From an uncultured Acidimicrobiaceae bacterium (GTDB lineage Bacteria > Actinomycetota > Acidimicrobiia > Acidimicrobiales > CAIXPF01), in NCBI GenBank assembly GCA_963775055.1, contig CAVZHK010000001.1:333402-397401 (forward strand): a DNA stretch of 64,000 nucleotides, given 5' to 3'. The translations under genes and the position numbers were made by a program. The notes beneath the pieces were generated by a model. The model made no database searches and was not told the DNA's origin. It worked only from the letters and a program-made list of their open reading frames with translations. Below are positions 35,567-44,689 of the stretch, piece after piece. Numbering within the stretch: position 1 is the stretch's first letter; each line of letters opens with the position of its first letter.

Positions 35567-37849
35567 TCAGGCGTCTTCGCCCACCAACTGCTGGTCGAGG
35601 ATCAGGCCCCGGCCCTGGCACTGCTCACACACGCAGGACACCGACTCGATCAGGCCTTCACCGATGCGTTTGCGGGTCATCTCCACCAAGCCCAACTCTG
35701 AGATCTCGAACACCTGGGTGCGGGTCTTGTCCCGGCTCAACGCCTCCCGGAACACCCGGATGACCTCGTCGCGGTTCTGGCGGGTCTCCATGTCCACGAA
35801 GTCGATGACGATGATGCCGCCGATGTCCCGCAGGCGTAGTTGCCGGGCTATCTCCACCGCCGCTTCGAGGTTGTTGCGGTACACCGTCTCCTCGAGGGAG
35901 GAGCTGCCAACGTTCTTGCCGGTGTTGACATCGATGACGGTGAGCGCCTCGGTGTGCTCGATGATCAGCGATCCGCCCGAGGGCAGCCACACCTTTCGAT
36001 CCAAGGCCCGCAACCGCTGCTCGTGCACGTGATGGCGTTCGAAAAGCGGCAACGGCTCGGTGGCGGTGTCGAAATACTCGACCCGGTCCGCCAGCGTGGG
36101 TGAGATCGACGCCACGTAGGAGCGGACCTCCTCGAACAGCTGCGGATCATCGATGGCGATGGTGCGGTACTCGTCGTTGAACTCTTCACGGATCACCCGC
36201 AGGGCCAGGTCCGGCTCCCGATACAGCAACGCGGGGCTGGAGGACTTCTTGGCCAGGGTCTCGATGGCGTTCCACTGGTCCACCAGACGGCGCACGTCCC
36301 GCTCGATCTCCTCCTCGGTGACCTTCTCGGCCGCGGTGCGCACGATCACCCCGTGCTGGGGCGGTTTGACCTGGTCGAGGATCTGACGGAGGCGTTTGCG
36401 CTCGTTGTCCGGCAGGCGCTTGGAGATGCCGTAGGTGCTGCTGTTGGGGATCAGCACCACGAAGCGGCCCGGCAGGGACACCTCCTGGGTGAGGCGGGCC
36501 CCTTTGTGGGCGATGGGGTTCTTGGTGACCTGGCAGAGGATGGTCTGACGGGCCTTGAGCACCTGCTCGATGCGAGGCCTGTTGGCAGTGTTGCCGCGAC
36601 CCCCGCCGTGACCCCCGCCGCCCTGGGAGGGCCCGGTGCCCTCGAGGTCTTCCTGCTCATATTGGACATCGCCGCGATAGAGCACCGCGTTCTTGGGGGT
36701 GCCGATGTCCACGAACGCCGCTTCCATGCCGGGCAGCACGTTCTGCACCTTGCCGAGGTAGATGTTGCCGTGGATCTCGGTGAGCCCGTCGCTGGGCTTG
36801 GACACGTAGTGCTCCACCAGTGAACGTCCCTCGAGCACGGCGATCTGCGTGCCGCCGGGCGCGACGTGCACGCACATCACGTAGCGACCGACGGGGCGGC
36901 CGTTGCGTTCCTTGCCTCGGCGGCGGCGCAGGGATCGCTCGTCGAGCTCGATCTGCTCGTCGTCGTAGAGCACCTGCTCCACCGGCGCCAGCGCAGGGCC
37001 CCGGCCGTTGCGGCCCTGCCCGCTGCGGACGCCGCCACCGGCGTTGCGACCGTCGCCACTGCGGCCCGGGCGTGATCCTCCGGCGTTGCCGGTGTTCCCC
37101 GCAGGCTCGCTCGTGCGGGGGCTGTCAGCAGCATCGCCCCGCTTGGCGCCACCGCGGCCCCGCCCGCCCCGCCGGCGACGACGGGCGTTGCCTTCAGCGT
37201 CGCCACCGGGGTCGGTATCGCTGGGGTCGGTATCGTTGGGTCCGATGTCGACCCCGGATCGGCCACCGGAGCGCGTCGCGCCTGGTGCATCGGCTCCGGC
37301 GCGGCGAGCGGTGCCGGAGCGGCCACCGTCACGGGCCCCCGGGGCGTTGGCGGGTCGCTCAGGCGGGGTCGCCGAGGCTGTAGATGACGGTAACGGCGAG
37401 GACGTAGCGGGGACGGGCGGGGCAGGCATGGTGTCCCCGATGCGGGGTTTGCGAGGTACTAGTGCCGCTGCTGCCGCTTCGATGGAGCGCGGCTTGCCTT
37501 CACTGATCCGCTCGGGCAGTTCTGGGTTGGCCCCCTCCCCCGGGTTCGCGCTGCGCCGGGAATCGTTGCGTGCGCCGCCGGGGTCGGACTGGTTCCCCTG
37601 GGCGGCCATGACCGACGGGCGCGTGGCGGCAGCCCCGGATCCGTCGGGGTCAGGTGGGGCCGACACCACCAGGGGCGCGGCCGCCGCCGTGGCGGCCGGC
37701 GGGGTGAGGGGCCCGGCGCCACCGGCTGAGCGTGGCGGCGTGGTTGCGGCACTGCCCTCGGTGGGGTGGTCCTCGGTGGGGTGCTGGCCGGTGGGTGGCC
37801 CTGATGGGCCGGCCGGCGGCGATCCGGGAGAAGCCGGGATCTCGGGCAT
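35567..37849 (-). CDS. rne: ribonuclease E/G family endoribonuclease with long disordered N-terminal region
   Basis: S1 domain (IYLGKVQNVLPGMEAAFVDIG) and catalytic core (GGIIVIDFVDM, TRKR). The N-terminal 330 or so residues are rich in Pro, Gly, Arg and Ala. The start is ATG 37849, preceded by AAGGAA. Codons upstream to 38005 have poor GC3. Confidence 0.9.
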   Translation of the reverse strand: MPEIPASPGSPPAGPSGPPTGQHPTEDHPTEGSAATTPPRSAGGAGPLTPPAATAAAAPLVVSAPPDPDGSGAAATRPSVMAAQGNQSDPGGARNDSRRSANPGEGANPELPERISEGKPRSIEAAAAALVPRKPRIGDTMPAPPVPATSSPLPSSTASATPPERPANAPGARDGGRSGTARRAGADAPGATRSGGRSGVDIGPNDTDPSDTDPGGDAEGNARRRRRGGRGRGGAKRGDAADSPRTSEPAGNTGNAGGSRPGRSGDGRNAGGGVRSGQGRNGRGPALAPVEQVLYDDEQIELDERSLRRRRGKERNGRPVGRYVMCVHVAPGGTQIAVLEGRSLVEHYVSKPSDGLTEIHGNIYLGKVQNVLPGMEAAFVDIGTPKNAVLYRGDVQYEQEDLEGTGPSQGGGGHGGGRGNTANRPRIEQVLKARQTILCQVTKNPIAHKGARLTQEVSLPGRFVVLIPNSSTYGISKRLPDNERKRLRQILDQVKPPQHGVIVRTAAEKVTEEEIERDVRRLVDQWNAIETLAKKSSSPALLYREPDLALRVIREEFNDEYRTIAIDDPQLFEEVRSYVASISPTLADRVEYFDTATEPLPLFERHHVHEQRLRALDRKVWLPSGGSLIIEHTEALTVIDVNTGKNVGSSSLEETVYRNNLEAAVEIARQLRLRDIGGIIVIDFVDMETRQNRDEVIRVFREALSRDKTRTQVFEISELGLVEMTRKRIGEGLIESVSCVCEQCQGRGLILDQQLVGEDA

Positions 37850-38195
37850 GGTCAACGTTCCTTGTGCGCGATGCGCCCATGGGCGCACCGACGGTCCCTG
37901 CGCCCGGAGGCGCACTGGTTGCTGCACCCGTGGGCGCAGTACTGCGATGCGTGCCCGAGGGCACGGTGGTGGCCGCGCCGCGGGGCACGGTGGTGGTTGC
38001 TGCACCCGTGGGCGCCGAGCTTGTGGCTGCTGTCCGCCGGGACAGAACGATGCAGGTGAGAGGGGCCCGCCGTGCTGACGCAGTGGCGGACGCGGCCGGA
38101 CGGGAGGGGCGGCAGCGACGGGCGGCGCGTCGCAGGGCGCTGAGCAATCGCCCGGTCACCGTGCACCGACCACGGTCGAAGCGATGGGCACCCCG

Positions 38196-38247
38196 GGCCC
38201 GTCTGACCCCTCCGGCCCGTCTGACCCCTCCGGCCCGTCTGACCCTT
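38196..38247. repeat. 18-bp tandem array x2.9 (GGCCCGTCTGACCCCTCC)
   Basis: Encodes EGSDGP x3 on the minus strand in the corrected DUF2344 frame. Confidence 0.9.
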
Positions 38248-38526
38248 CGAGGACCGACGCAGCCGGGGTGGGGTGAACCGGCCCTGCCTGCCTCTCAAGC
38301 CCCTCAGTCAGCGCCGGCCAGACGGTCAGGGCGCCCTGCACTGGGGAGACGGCGAGGGGTTCGACCCGTGACCCGTCGGGCTGGTCGATCCATTGGGCGA
38401 GACGACAGACCCGCAGCTCCTGCCAGTTCGGGCCCAGCGCGGCGATGAGCTCGCCGGGGCGCAGACCGCGGGGTTGGGTGGCCAGCTCAGCCAGCAGCCG
38501 GGGCCCGGCCACCTGCGAAGAGGCGA

Positions 38527-38571
38527 CCCCGAACGAACCCATCCCGAACGAATCCATCCCGAACGGACCCA
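38527..38571. repeat. 15-bp tandem array x3
   Basis: CCCCGAACGAACCCA TCCCGAACGAATCCA TCCCGAACGGACCCA. It encodes FGMDS FGMGS FGVAS in the corrected DUF2344 frame. Confidence 0.9.
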
Positions 38572-39101
38572 CGGTGGCGCCTGCGACCTCGGACAGGTCA
38601 GGCACCAATCGGAGATCCAACACATAGGGACGGATGTCGTCGTGGTGGGTTTTCCCTTGCGGTCTCGCTGCACCATGACACTGGGGCTGGCCAACAGCGC
38701 CGCCACCGCGGATCGGGCCGCCTCGGTGTCTCCCCCCTGGAGTGTCAAAGACCAGGTCACGGTGCTGACCGCCTCCTGCAATGAGCGTGACTCCTCGGTT
38801 GGCGGTTCCGCCGCGGCGGTGCAATCGATGCCCTCGGGCAGCATGGCGCTGAGCCGGGCCGGCAGCGCGTCCAAGTCCGCGTCGCTGAGCGGGGACACCA
38901 GATCGACGTCGAGGTATTCGGCCAGCGATTCGTGACCCACCGACAGCGCCAGCCCGAAATGCAGCTTCGGTCGCGGCGAGAAGCCCACGGAGTAGGTCAC
39001 GGGCAGCTCGGCGCGGCGCATGGCCCGTTCCCAGATCCGGGCCAGATCTCGGTGGGACAGGAAGCGCACCTTGCCGGCCTCGGTGAAACGGACCCGGACC
39101 C

Positions 39102-41084
39102 TCATGGACCCACCGCCACCGGCAGTTCGATGGGCACCTCAGCGGGCGCTTGCGGCTTGCGGCCAAGCAGGGTGACCGGCACGACGTGGCCCACCGACAG
39201 GTCCTGACCGGTGCCCTGGCTGCCCCCCGCCGGGGGCACCGCAGAGGCCACGATGTGCTCGATGCCGTATCCGGTGCACGCCCCGCAGTCGTAGCAGGGG
39301 GTCCAGCGGCAGTCGGGCAGGCCCACCTCGGCCAGGGCGTCCTGCCAGTCCTGGGCCAGGAAGTCCTTGTGGAGCCCGGCGGAGAGATGGTCCCACGGCA
39401 GCACCTCGGCGGCGTCACGATGGCGATGCACGTACCAGTCCGCTGAGAGCCCGGCTTCAGCGAGGGCATCGAGCCAGCGGCCCAGCTGGAAGTGCTCGCT
39501 CCATTCCTGGAATGTGCCACCGGCGCGCCAGACAGCCTCGATGACCCTTCCCACCCGACGATCGCCCCTGGTCAGCAACCCTTCGATGAGCGTGGCTTTG
39601 GGGTCATGCCAGCGCAGGGTCACGCCCCGGGATTTGCGGGTGTCGTTGCGGAGCAAGCTGATCTTGCGGTCCAGCTCGGAGACCGTGTTCTGCCCGAACC
39701 ACTGGAACGGGGTGAACGGCTTGGGTACGAACCCGCCGACGGACGCGGTGACGGAGGCGCCCTTCTGGTGGCGTTGGCCGATGGCGGCGCAGTTGCGGGC
39801 CAGTTCGGCGATGCCGAGGGTGTCCTCGTCCGTCTCGGTGGGCAGGCCGACCAGGAAGTACAGCTTCACCCGACGCCAGCCGTTGGCAAACGCAGCATCG
39901 ACAGCGGCGTAGAGGTCCTCTTCCCGGATGAGCTTGTTGATGACCTGCCGCATCCGCCAGGTGCCGGCCTCTGGAGCGAAGGTCAACCCGGCCCGGCGAC
40001 CCTGTTGCAGCTGGGCGGCGATGCCCACGGTGAACGCATCCACCCGCAGCGAGGGCAGGGCCACGCTGAGGTTGTCGCCGCAGCCCATGACGTCAGTCAC
40101 CACGTCGGTGATGTTGGAGAAGTCCGCGGTGGACAGCGAGGTCAAGGCCACCTCGTCGTACCCGGTGCGACGCAACCCCTCCGACACCATGGTTCGCACG
40201 TTCTCCGCCGAGCGTTCGCGCACCGGGCGGGTGATCATGCCCGCCTGGCAGAACCGGCAGCCCCGGGTGCAGCCCCTGAAGACCTCCACGTTGAGGCGGT
40301 CATGGACCACCTCGGTCAACGGGACCAGCTGGTTGCGGGGGTACGGCCAGGCATCCAGGGAGGCGATGGTGCGCTTTTCGACCTGCGCCGGCACGTCGGC
40401 GTAACGGGGGGTGACCCCGGCCAGGTTCGGCCCGTCGTAGTGCACGTCGTACATGGACGGTACGTAGACCCCGGTCACGGCGGCCAGGTCCCGCAGGACC
40501 CGCTGGCGGGAACCGACGGGGCGACCGGAGCGCTTCCAGGCGCCGATGACCTCGGTGATCTCGGAGACCACCTCCTCGCCATCGCCCAACACGAAGGCGT
40601 CCACGAAGTCCGCCAGCGGCTCCGGGTTGTAGGTGCAGTGCCCACCGGCGAGCACCAACGGCGCATCATCGGCGCGGTGCTCGGCCCGGACCGCCACCCC
40701 GGCCAGATCCACGCAGTTGAGCAGGTTGGTGTAGGTCAGCTCGGCGGAGAGGTTGAACGCCAGCACGTCGAACTCACCGGCGGGAACGTGGTTTTCCACG
40801 GAGAACAGCGGCACCTGATGACGCCGGAGCTGGCTTTCCAGATCCAACCAGGGGGCGTAGGCCCGTTCGGCCAGGGCGTCGGGGCGTTCGTTGAGGATCT
40901 CGTACAGGATCTGTAGGCCCTGGTTGGGAAGCCCGATCTCGTACGTGTCGGGGTAGATGAGCAGCCAGGACACCTTGCCGTTGCCGTGGCGGGGCCGCTG
41001 GGCGCCGTCCTCACACCCGATGTAACGGGCGGGTCTCTCGACCTGGGAGAGCAACGGTTCGAGCCGGGTCCACACGGATGACAT
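39102..41084 (-). CDS. TIGR03960-type B12-binding-domain radical SAM protein
   Basis: VERPARYIGCE, the radical SAM cluster motif CTRGCRFCQAG and a long conserved C-terminal extension. The stop overlaps the DUF2344 start. The start is placed at ATG 41084. Confidence 0.88.
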   Translation of the reverse strand: MSSVWTRLEPLLSQVERPARYIGCEDGAQRPRHGNGKVSWLLIYPDTYEIGLPNQGLQILYEILNERPDALAERAYAPWLDLESQLRRHQVPLFSVENHVPAGEFDVLAFNLSAELTYTNLLNCVDLAGVAVRAEHRADDAPLVLAGGHCTYNPEPLADFVDAFVLGDGEEVVSEITEVIGAWKRSGRPVGSRQRVLRDLAAVTGVYVPSMYDVHYDGPNLAGVTPRYADVPAQVEKRTIASLDAWPYPRNQLVPLTEVVHDRLNVEVFRGCTRGCRFCQAGMITRPVRERSAENVRTMVSEGLRRTGYDEVALTSLSTADFSNITDVVTDVMGCGDNLSVALPSLRVDAFTVGIAAQLQQGRRAGLTFAPEAGTWRMRQVINKLIREEDLYAAVDAAFANGWRRVKLYFLVGLPTETDEDTLGIAELARNCAAIGQRHQKGASVTASVGGFVPKPFTPFQWFGQNTVSELDRKISLLRNDTRKSRGVTLRWHDPKATLIEGLLTRGDRRVGRVIEAVWRAGGTFQEWSEHFQLGRWLDALAEAGLSADWYVHRHRDAAEVLPWDHLSAGLHKDFLAQDWQDALAEVGLPDCRWTPCYDCGACTGYGIEHIVASAVPPAGGSQGTGQDLSVGHVVPVTLLGRKPQAPAEVPIELPVAVGP

Positions 41085-41188
41085 TCGGTTGAACACTACC
41101 GCACCGCGGCTCTTCCGCCGCGGCCCCATACAGGCCACGCAGGTTCAGCGGCGACGCGAACATCCTGTTCGCAGGGGGTGCGGCAGGC

Positions 41189-42340
41189 TCAGCGGAAGCG
41201 ATGGGCGTGCACCGAGAGCACGAGGCCCATGCCGGCGAAGGTGGTCAGCAACGAGGAACCGCCGTAGCTCAGGAAGGGCAACGGAATGCCGGTCACGGGC
41301 ATGATCCGCATGCTCATGCCAACGTTTTCGAACACCTGGAACACCACCCCGGCCAGCACGCCGCAGCACAGCAGGGCCCCGAACTCGTCCTGGGCCAGCT
41401 GTGCCACCCGCAACACCCGCAGTGACAACACCAAGAACAGCAGCAGCACGGTACCCGCACCGAGAAATCCCAGTTCCTCGCCGACGACGGTGAAGATGAA
41501 GTCGGTTTGCTGCTCCGGGACCAGGCCGTCCTGGGTTTGGGGGCCCTTTCCCCAGCCCAGCCCGGTGAGGCCACCGAGGGAGATGGCGGTTTCGGACTGG
41601 GCCACGTTGTAGCTCTCATCGTTGAGGTCCTCGTCGTCCGATGCCCGATCGATGAACACCAGCAGCCGGTCCCGTTGATAGTCCGCCAGCAGGTCGCTAT
41701 TGAGCACCGCCACCGTGGCCAGCGCCCCCAACAGCATCAGCGCCAGCAGAGAACGGGCCCGCACGCCGGCCACGGCCAACAGGCAGAGGCTGACCACGAC
41801 GAACACCAGCACCGTGCCCAGGTCCGGCTGCAGCAGGATGAGGCCCATTGGCAGCATCGCCAGCATCAGGGCCACCACCAGGGTCACCAGGTCCAGGCGG
41901 TGTCGTCGGGCGGCCAACCACGCCGCGAGGGTCACGGTCAACGCCAACTTGGCCGGCTCGGACGGTTGCAGCTGCAACGGCCCGAACGAAAACCAGGCCT
42001 GGGCGCCTTTGACGTCCTGACCCACCACCAGGACCGCGGCCAGTAGCAACAACATGGCGGGGTAGATGGCCACCACCCAGTGCTGCAGCTTGCGGTAGTC
42101 CACGAAGGCGCCCACCATCATCATGGTCAGGCCCAGGAGCAGGGCCACCGTTTGGCGCACCAGCAGCCCGGTGTAGGGCTCGGCGCCGCCGCCCTTGGTG
42201 GCGCTGAAGATGGTGGCCAGCCCGATGAGGGCCAGCAGCAGGCTCAGGGCGACGATGCTCCAGTCCACGTGGCGATGGGGGGCGCCATGGTCCCGTCGGA
42301 GCGATTCCACCGACGGCGCCGGTCGCATCAGCAAGGACAT
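41189..42340 (-). CDS. rodA: rod shape-determining SEDS glycosyltransferase RodA
   Basis: FtsW/RodA/SpoVE family, with about 10 TM helices, TDFIFTVVGEELGFLG and PLPFLSYGGSS. It lies adjacent to mrdA and mreBCD. Confidence 0.9.
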   Translation of the reverse strand: MSLLMRPAPSVESLRRDHGAPHRHVDWSIVALSLLLALIGLATIFSATKGGGAEPYTGLLVRQTVALLLGLTMMMVGAFVDYRKLQHWVVAIYPAMLLLLAAVLVVGQDVKGAQAWFSFGPLQLQPSEPAKLALTVTLAAWLAARRHRLDLVTLVVALMLAMLPMGLILLQPDLGTVLVFVVVSLCLLAVAGVRARSLLALMLLGALATVAVLNSDLLADYQRDRLLVFIDRASDDEDLNDESYNVAQSETAISLGGLTGLGWGKGPQTQDGLVPEQQTDFIFTVVGEELGFLGAGTVLLLFLVLSLRVLRVAQLAQDEFGALLCCGVLAGVVFQVFENVGMSMRIMPVTGIPLPFLSYGGSSLLTTFAGMGLVLSVHAHRFR

Positions 42341-44577
42341 GGCAACCGCCCAGCGGCGCGAACCTGCAGGGACCGTTTGCGCACCAATGAGCGTTGCCCG
42401 ACCGTCCCCGGTGTGGTTCCTGCAGATGGGACGGTGGCGGGAGTTGTGGTGCCGTTCGTGTCCGTGCCCGGCGCGGCATCGGTGCTCGCTGTGCTTTCAG
42501 CGCCGTTTGTGCTTTCCGGGCCGTTGGTGCTTTCCGGGCCGTTGGTGCTTTCCGGGCCGTTGGTGCTTTCCGGGCCGATTGTGCTTTCCGGGCCGTTTGT
42601 ATTGTCAGCGTTGTCCGTGGGCGGGGTCGCCGGGGTGGCGGGGGCCGGCGCGATGGCCACCAGGGGCCGGACCTCGTCGAGTTGCTCGAAGATGCGGCGA
42701 ACCAGCGGGGCTGCGGTCTCGGAGGCGAAACCGGCCTCCTCGATGACCGCCACCACCACATAGCGGGGATCGGTCAACGGGCCGAAGCCGGCGAACAGGG
42801 CGGTGTCAGCCTTCGGCGGGACCTCAGCGGTGCCGGTCTTGCCGGCCACAGCGAAGGATTCGGGGAAACCGCTGAAGGCGGCGGCCGCGGTACCGCTGTC
42901 GGAGCCCACCACCCCGGCCAGGCCGTCCACCACCGGTTGACGCACCTCCGCGGGCAGCTGCACCGGGCCCAGCTCGCGGGGATTGAAGGCCCGCTCGGTG
43001 CTGCCGCTGGACTGGTCCAGTAGCGCCTTGGCCACCGATGTGGCCCGAAGATGCCCGCCGTTGGCCAGCGCGGCGTAGGCGTTGGCCAGCTGCAACGGGG
43101 TGACGCCAACGTCGCCCTGCCCGATGGCCAGGTTCACGTTGTCACCGGTGAACCATTCGCCGTAGGGGAACGCGTCGGGATTCTCGTCGTGGCGGGCCTT
43201 CTTGAACGCCGGATCGGAGATGAGCCCGGCCGCTTCCTCCGGGAGTTGCACCCCGGTGGGTTTGCCCAGCCCGAAACGACGGGCGGTGGCCTGGATGGCG
43301 TCGGTGCCGAAGCGGTCCTGCTGGTTCCAGAACGCCTCACCCAGCCGGTAGAAGTACACGTCGGAGGACACCGTGAGAGCATCACGCAGGTCGATGCGAC
43401 CGTACGCAGTGGAGTTGGCGTTGGCGAACACACAGGTGTCGGTGCACTTGTCGAGCTCCCACACCCCGCGGTCCACGATGGTTTCCTCGGCGGAGACCAG
43501 GCCCCGTTCGAGGGCCGCGACCGCAGTGAACGGCTTGAAGGTGGAGCCCGGCGAGTACAGCGACTGGATGGCCCGGTTGGTGAAGGGGAAGTACGCCGAG
43601 GGGTCGTTGAGCTCCTTGAAGCGGAACTCGCTGATCCCGCTGCTGAACTCCGCCGGCGAGAACGTGGGGTAGCTGGCCAGCGCCAGAACTTCCGATGTCT
43701 TGGCGTCGAGCACCACCGCGGCGCCGGCGGGCGCCTTGCGATCAGGGTCAGTGGGGCGACGCTTGTCCAGCTGGCGGGTCCGGTTCAGGGCGTCTGCCAG
43801 CAGGTTTTCGGTAGCCACCTGCAGCTCGAGATCCACCGTGAGCTGCAGATCACGGCCGCGCACGGGTGCCACGTCAGCTCGGACCGCGATCTCCCGTTCG
43901 GTGGCGTCGACCTCGATGGTGCGGGTGCCGGGCGTGGCCCGCAGCTCCCGTTCGAAGATGCGCTCCACCCCGCTCTTGCCGATCTCGTCGCCGGGCTCGT
44001 AGCGCTTGGGATCCTCGCTGCGGGCCGCGAGCTCCTCCCCGCTGACGGGGCCGGTGTAACCCAGGATGTGCGCCGCCATGGTGCCGTGGGGGTAGGTGCG
44101 GACCTGCCGTCGGACCACGTCCACGGAGGGGTAATCCGCCAGCCGTTCCAGGAGATAGGCCTCCAGCTCGCCGCTGACGTCCTCGGCTATGGGAACAGGT
44201 TTGAGCGGGTCGTAACGGGGATCCGCGATGCGGTCCTTGATATCGGCGACCTTGGTCGGGAACCCGCCGTTGTTGAGGGCCCGGGCCAGGCGCAGCGTGA
44301 GATCGGCCTGGTCCTGCACGGCCTCGAAGCGGCGACGGTCGATGGTGATCACGACGGACTCCCGATTGTCGACCAACACCGCGCCCTCACGGTCCAGGAT
44401 CCGACCCCTGGCTCCCTCGTAGTGGACCTCCCGCAGTCGAACCGAGCCGAAGACCTCTTCAACGGTGGTGTCCCGCATGATCTGCAGGTAGTACAACCGG
44501 GCGAAAAGCGCCGAGAACAACGACACCACCACGATCCCAACCAGGGCGACGCGCAGGGCGGGCTGCTCGGCAGACAT
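42328..44577 (-). CDS. mrdA: penicillin-binding protein 2 (class B transpeptidase) with C-terminal repeat tail
   Basis: N-terminal TM helix, dimerisation domain and transpeptidase motifs STFKP, SSD and KTGTA. The C-terminal tail contains GPESTN repeats. The start is placed at ATG 44577. Confidence 0.92.
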   Translation of the reverse strand: MSAEQPALRVALVGIVVVSLFSALFARLYYLQIMRDTTVEEVFGSVRLREVHYEGARGRILDREGAVLVDNRESVVITIDRRRFEAVQDQADLTLRLARALNNGGFPTKVADIKDRIADPRYDPLKPVPIAEDVSGELEAYLLERLADYPSVDVVRRQVRTYPHGTMAAHILGYTGPVSGEELAARSEDPKRYEPGDEIGKSGVERIFERELRATPGTRTIEVDATEREIAVRADVAPVRGRDLQLTVDLELQVATENLLADALNRTRQLDKRRPTDPDRKAPAGAAVVLDAKTSEVLALASYPTFSPAEFSSGISEFRFKELNDPSAYFPFTNRAIQSLYSPGSTFKPFTAVAALERGLVSAEETIVDRGVWELDKCTDTCVFANANSTAYGRIDLRDALTVSSDVYFYRLGEAFWNQQDRFGTDAIQATARRFGLGKPTGVQLPEEAAGLISDPAFKKARHDENPDAFPYGEWFTGDNVNLAIGQGDVGVTPLQLANAYAALANGGHLRATSVAKALLDQSSGSTERAFNPRELGPVQLPAEVRQPVVDGLAGVVGSDSGTAAAAFSGFPESFAVAGKTGTAEVPPKADTALFAGFGPLTDPRYVVVAVIEEAGFASETAAPLVRRIFEQLDEVRPLVAIAPAPATPATPPTDNADNTNGPESTIGPESTNGPESTNGPESTNGPESTNGAESTASTDAAPGTDTNGTTTPATVPSAGTTPGTVGQRSLVRKRSLQVRAAGRLPCPC
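42491..42616. repeat. 18-bp tandem array about x7 (GTGCTTTCCGGGCCGTTG)
   Basis: Three perfect central copies with progressively diverged flanking copies. The array is in frame within mrdA (GPESTN hexapeptide). Confidence 0.95.
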
Positions 44578-44689
44578 CACGCCCATTCCAGCACCTCGGC
44601 CCGATCTGAGCGGGCTTCGGCCCCACGATCCTGACGATGGCCCCGTGAAGCTCACGCTCGGTGGGCGGCGTGATCGGCGTCAGCAAACG

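Larger units (their letters stand above)
38156..39105 (-). pseudogene. TIGR03936 (DUF2344) radical-SAM-associated protein, frame break at T-run 38650-38653
   Basis: The N-terminal part is MRVRVRFTEAGKVRFLSHRDLARIWERAMRRAELP...SPRPKLHF. After KGK the conserved continuation (THHDDIRPYVLDLRLVPD...RPGELIAALGPNWQELRVCRLAQW) is in the other frame, that of the 454-aa track ORF, which ends at 38156. Confidence 0.75.

Noticed and set aside
38660-39520. The upstream two-thirds of the 454-aa minus-strand ORF (38156-39520).
   Set aside because: This part is out of frame across the DUF2344 N-terminal region and the radical-SAM 3' end, and its composition is Arg/Pro/Trp-rich nonsense. Only the 3' third (38156 to about 38655) carries real DUF2344 sequence.
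41697-42761. The 354-aa minus-strand ORF with TARKAP repeats, and the plus-strand ORFs with repeated SGPLVL or RWCFPG peptides.
   Set aside because: They are alternative-frame readings of the mrdA 18-bp array and the rodA region. The mrdA and rodA frames carry the real family motifs.
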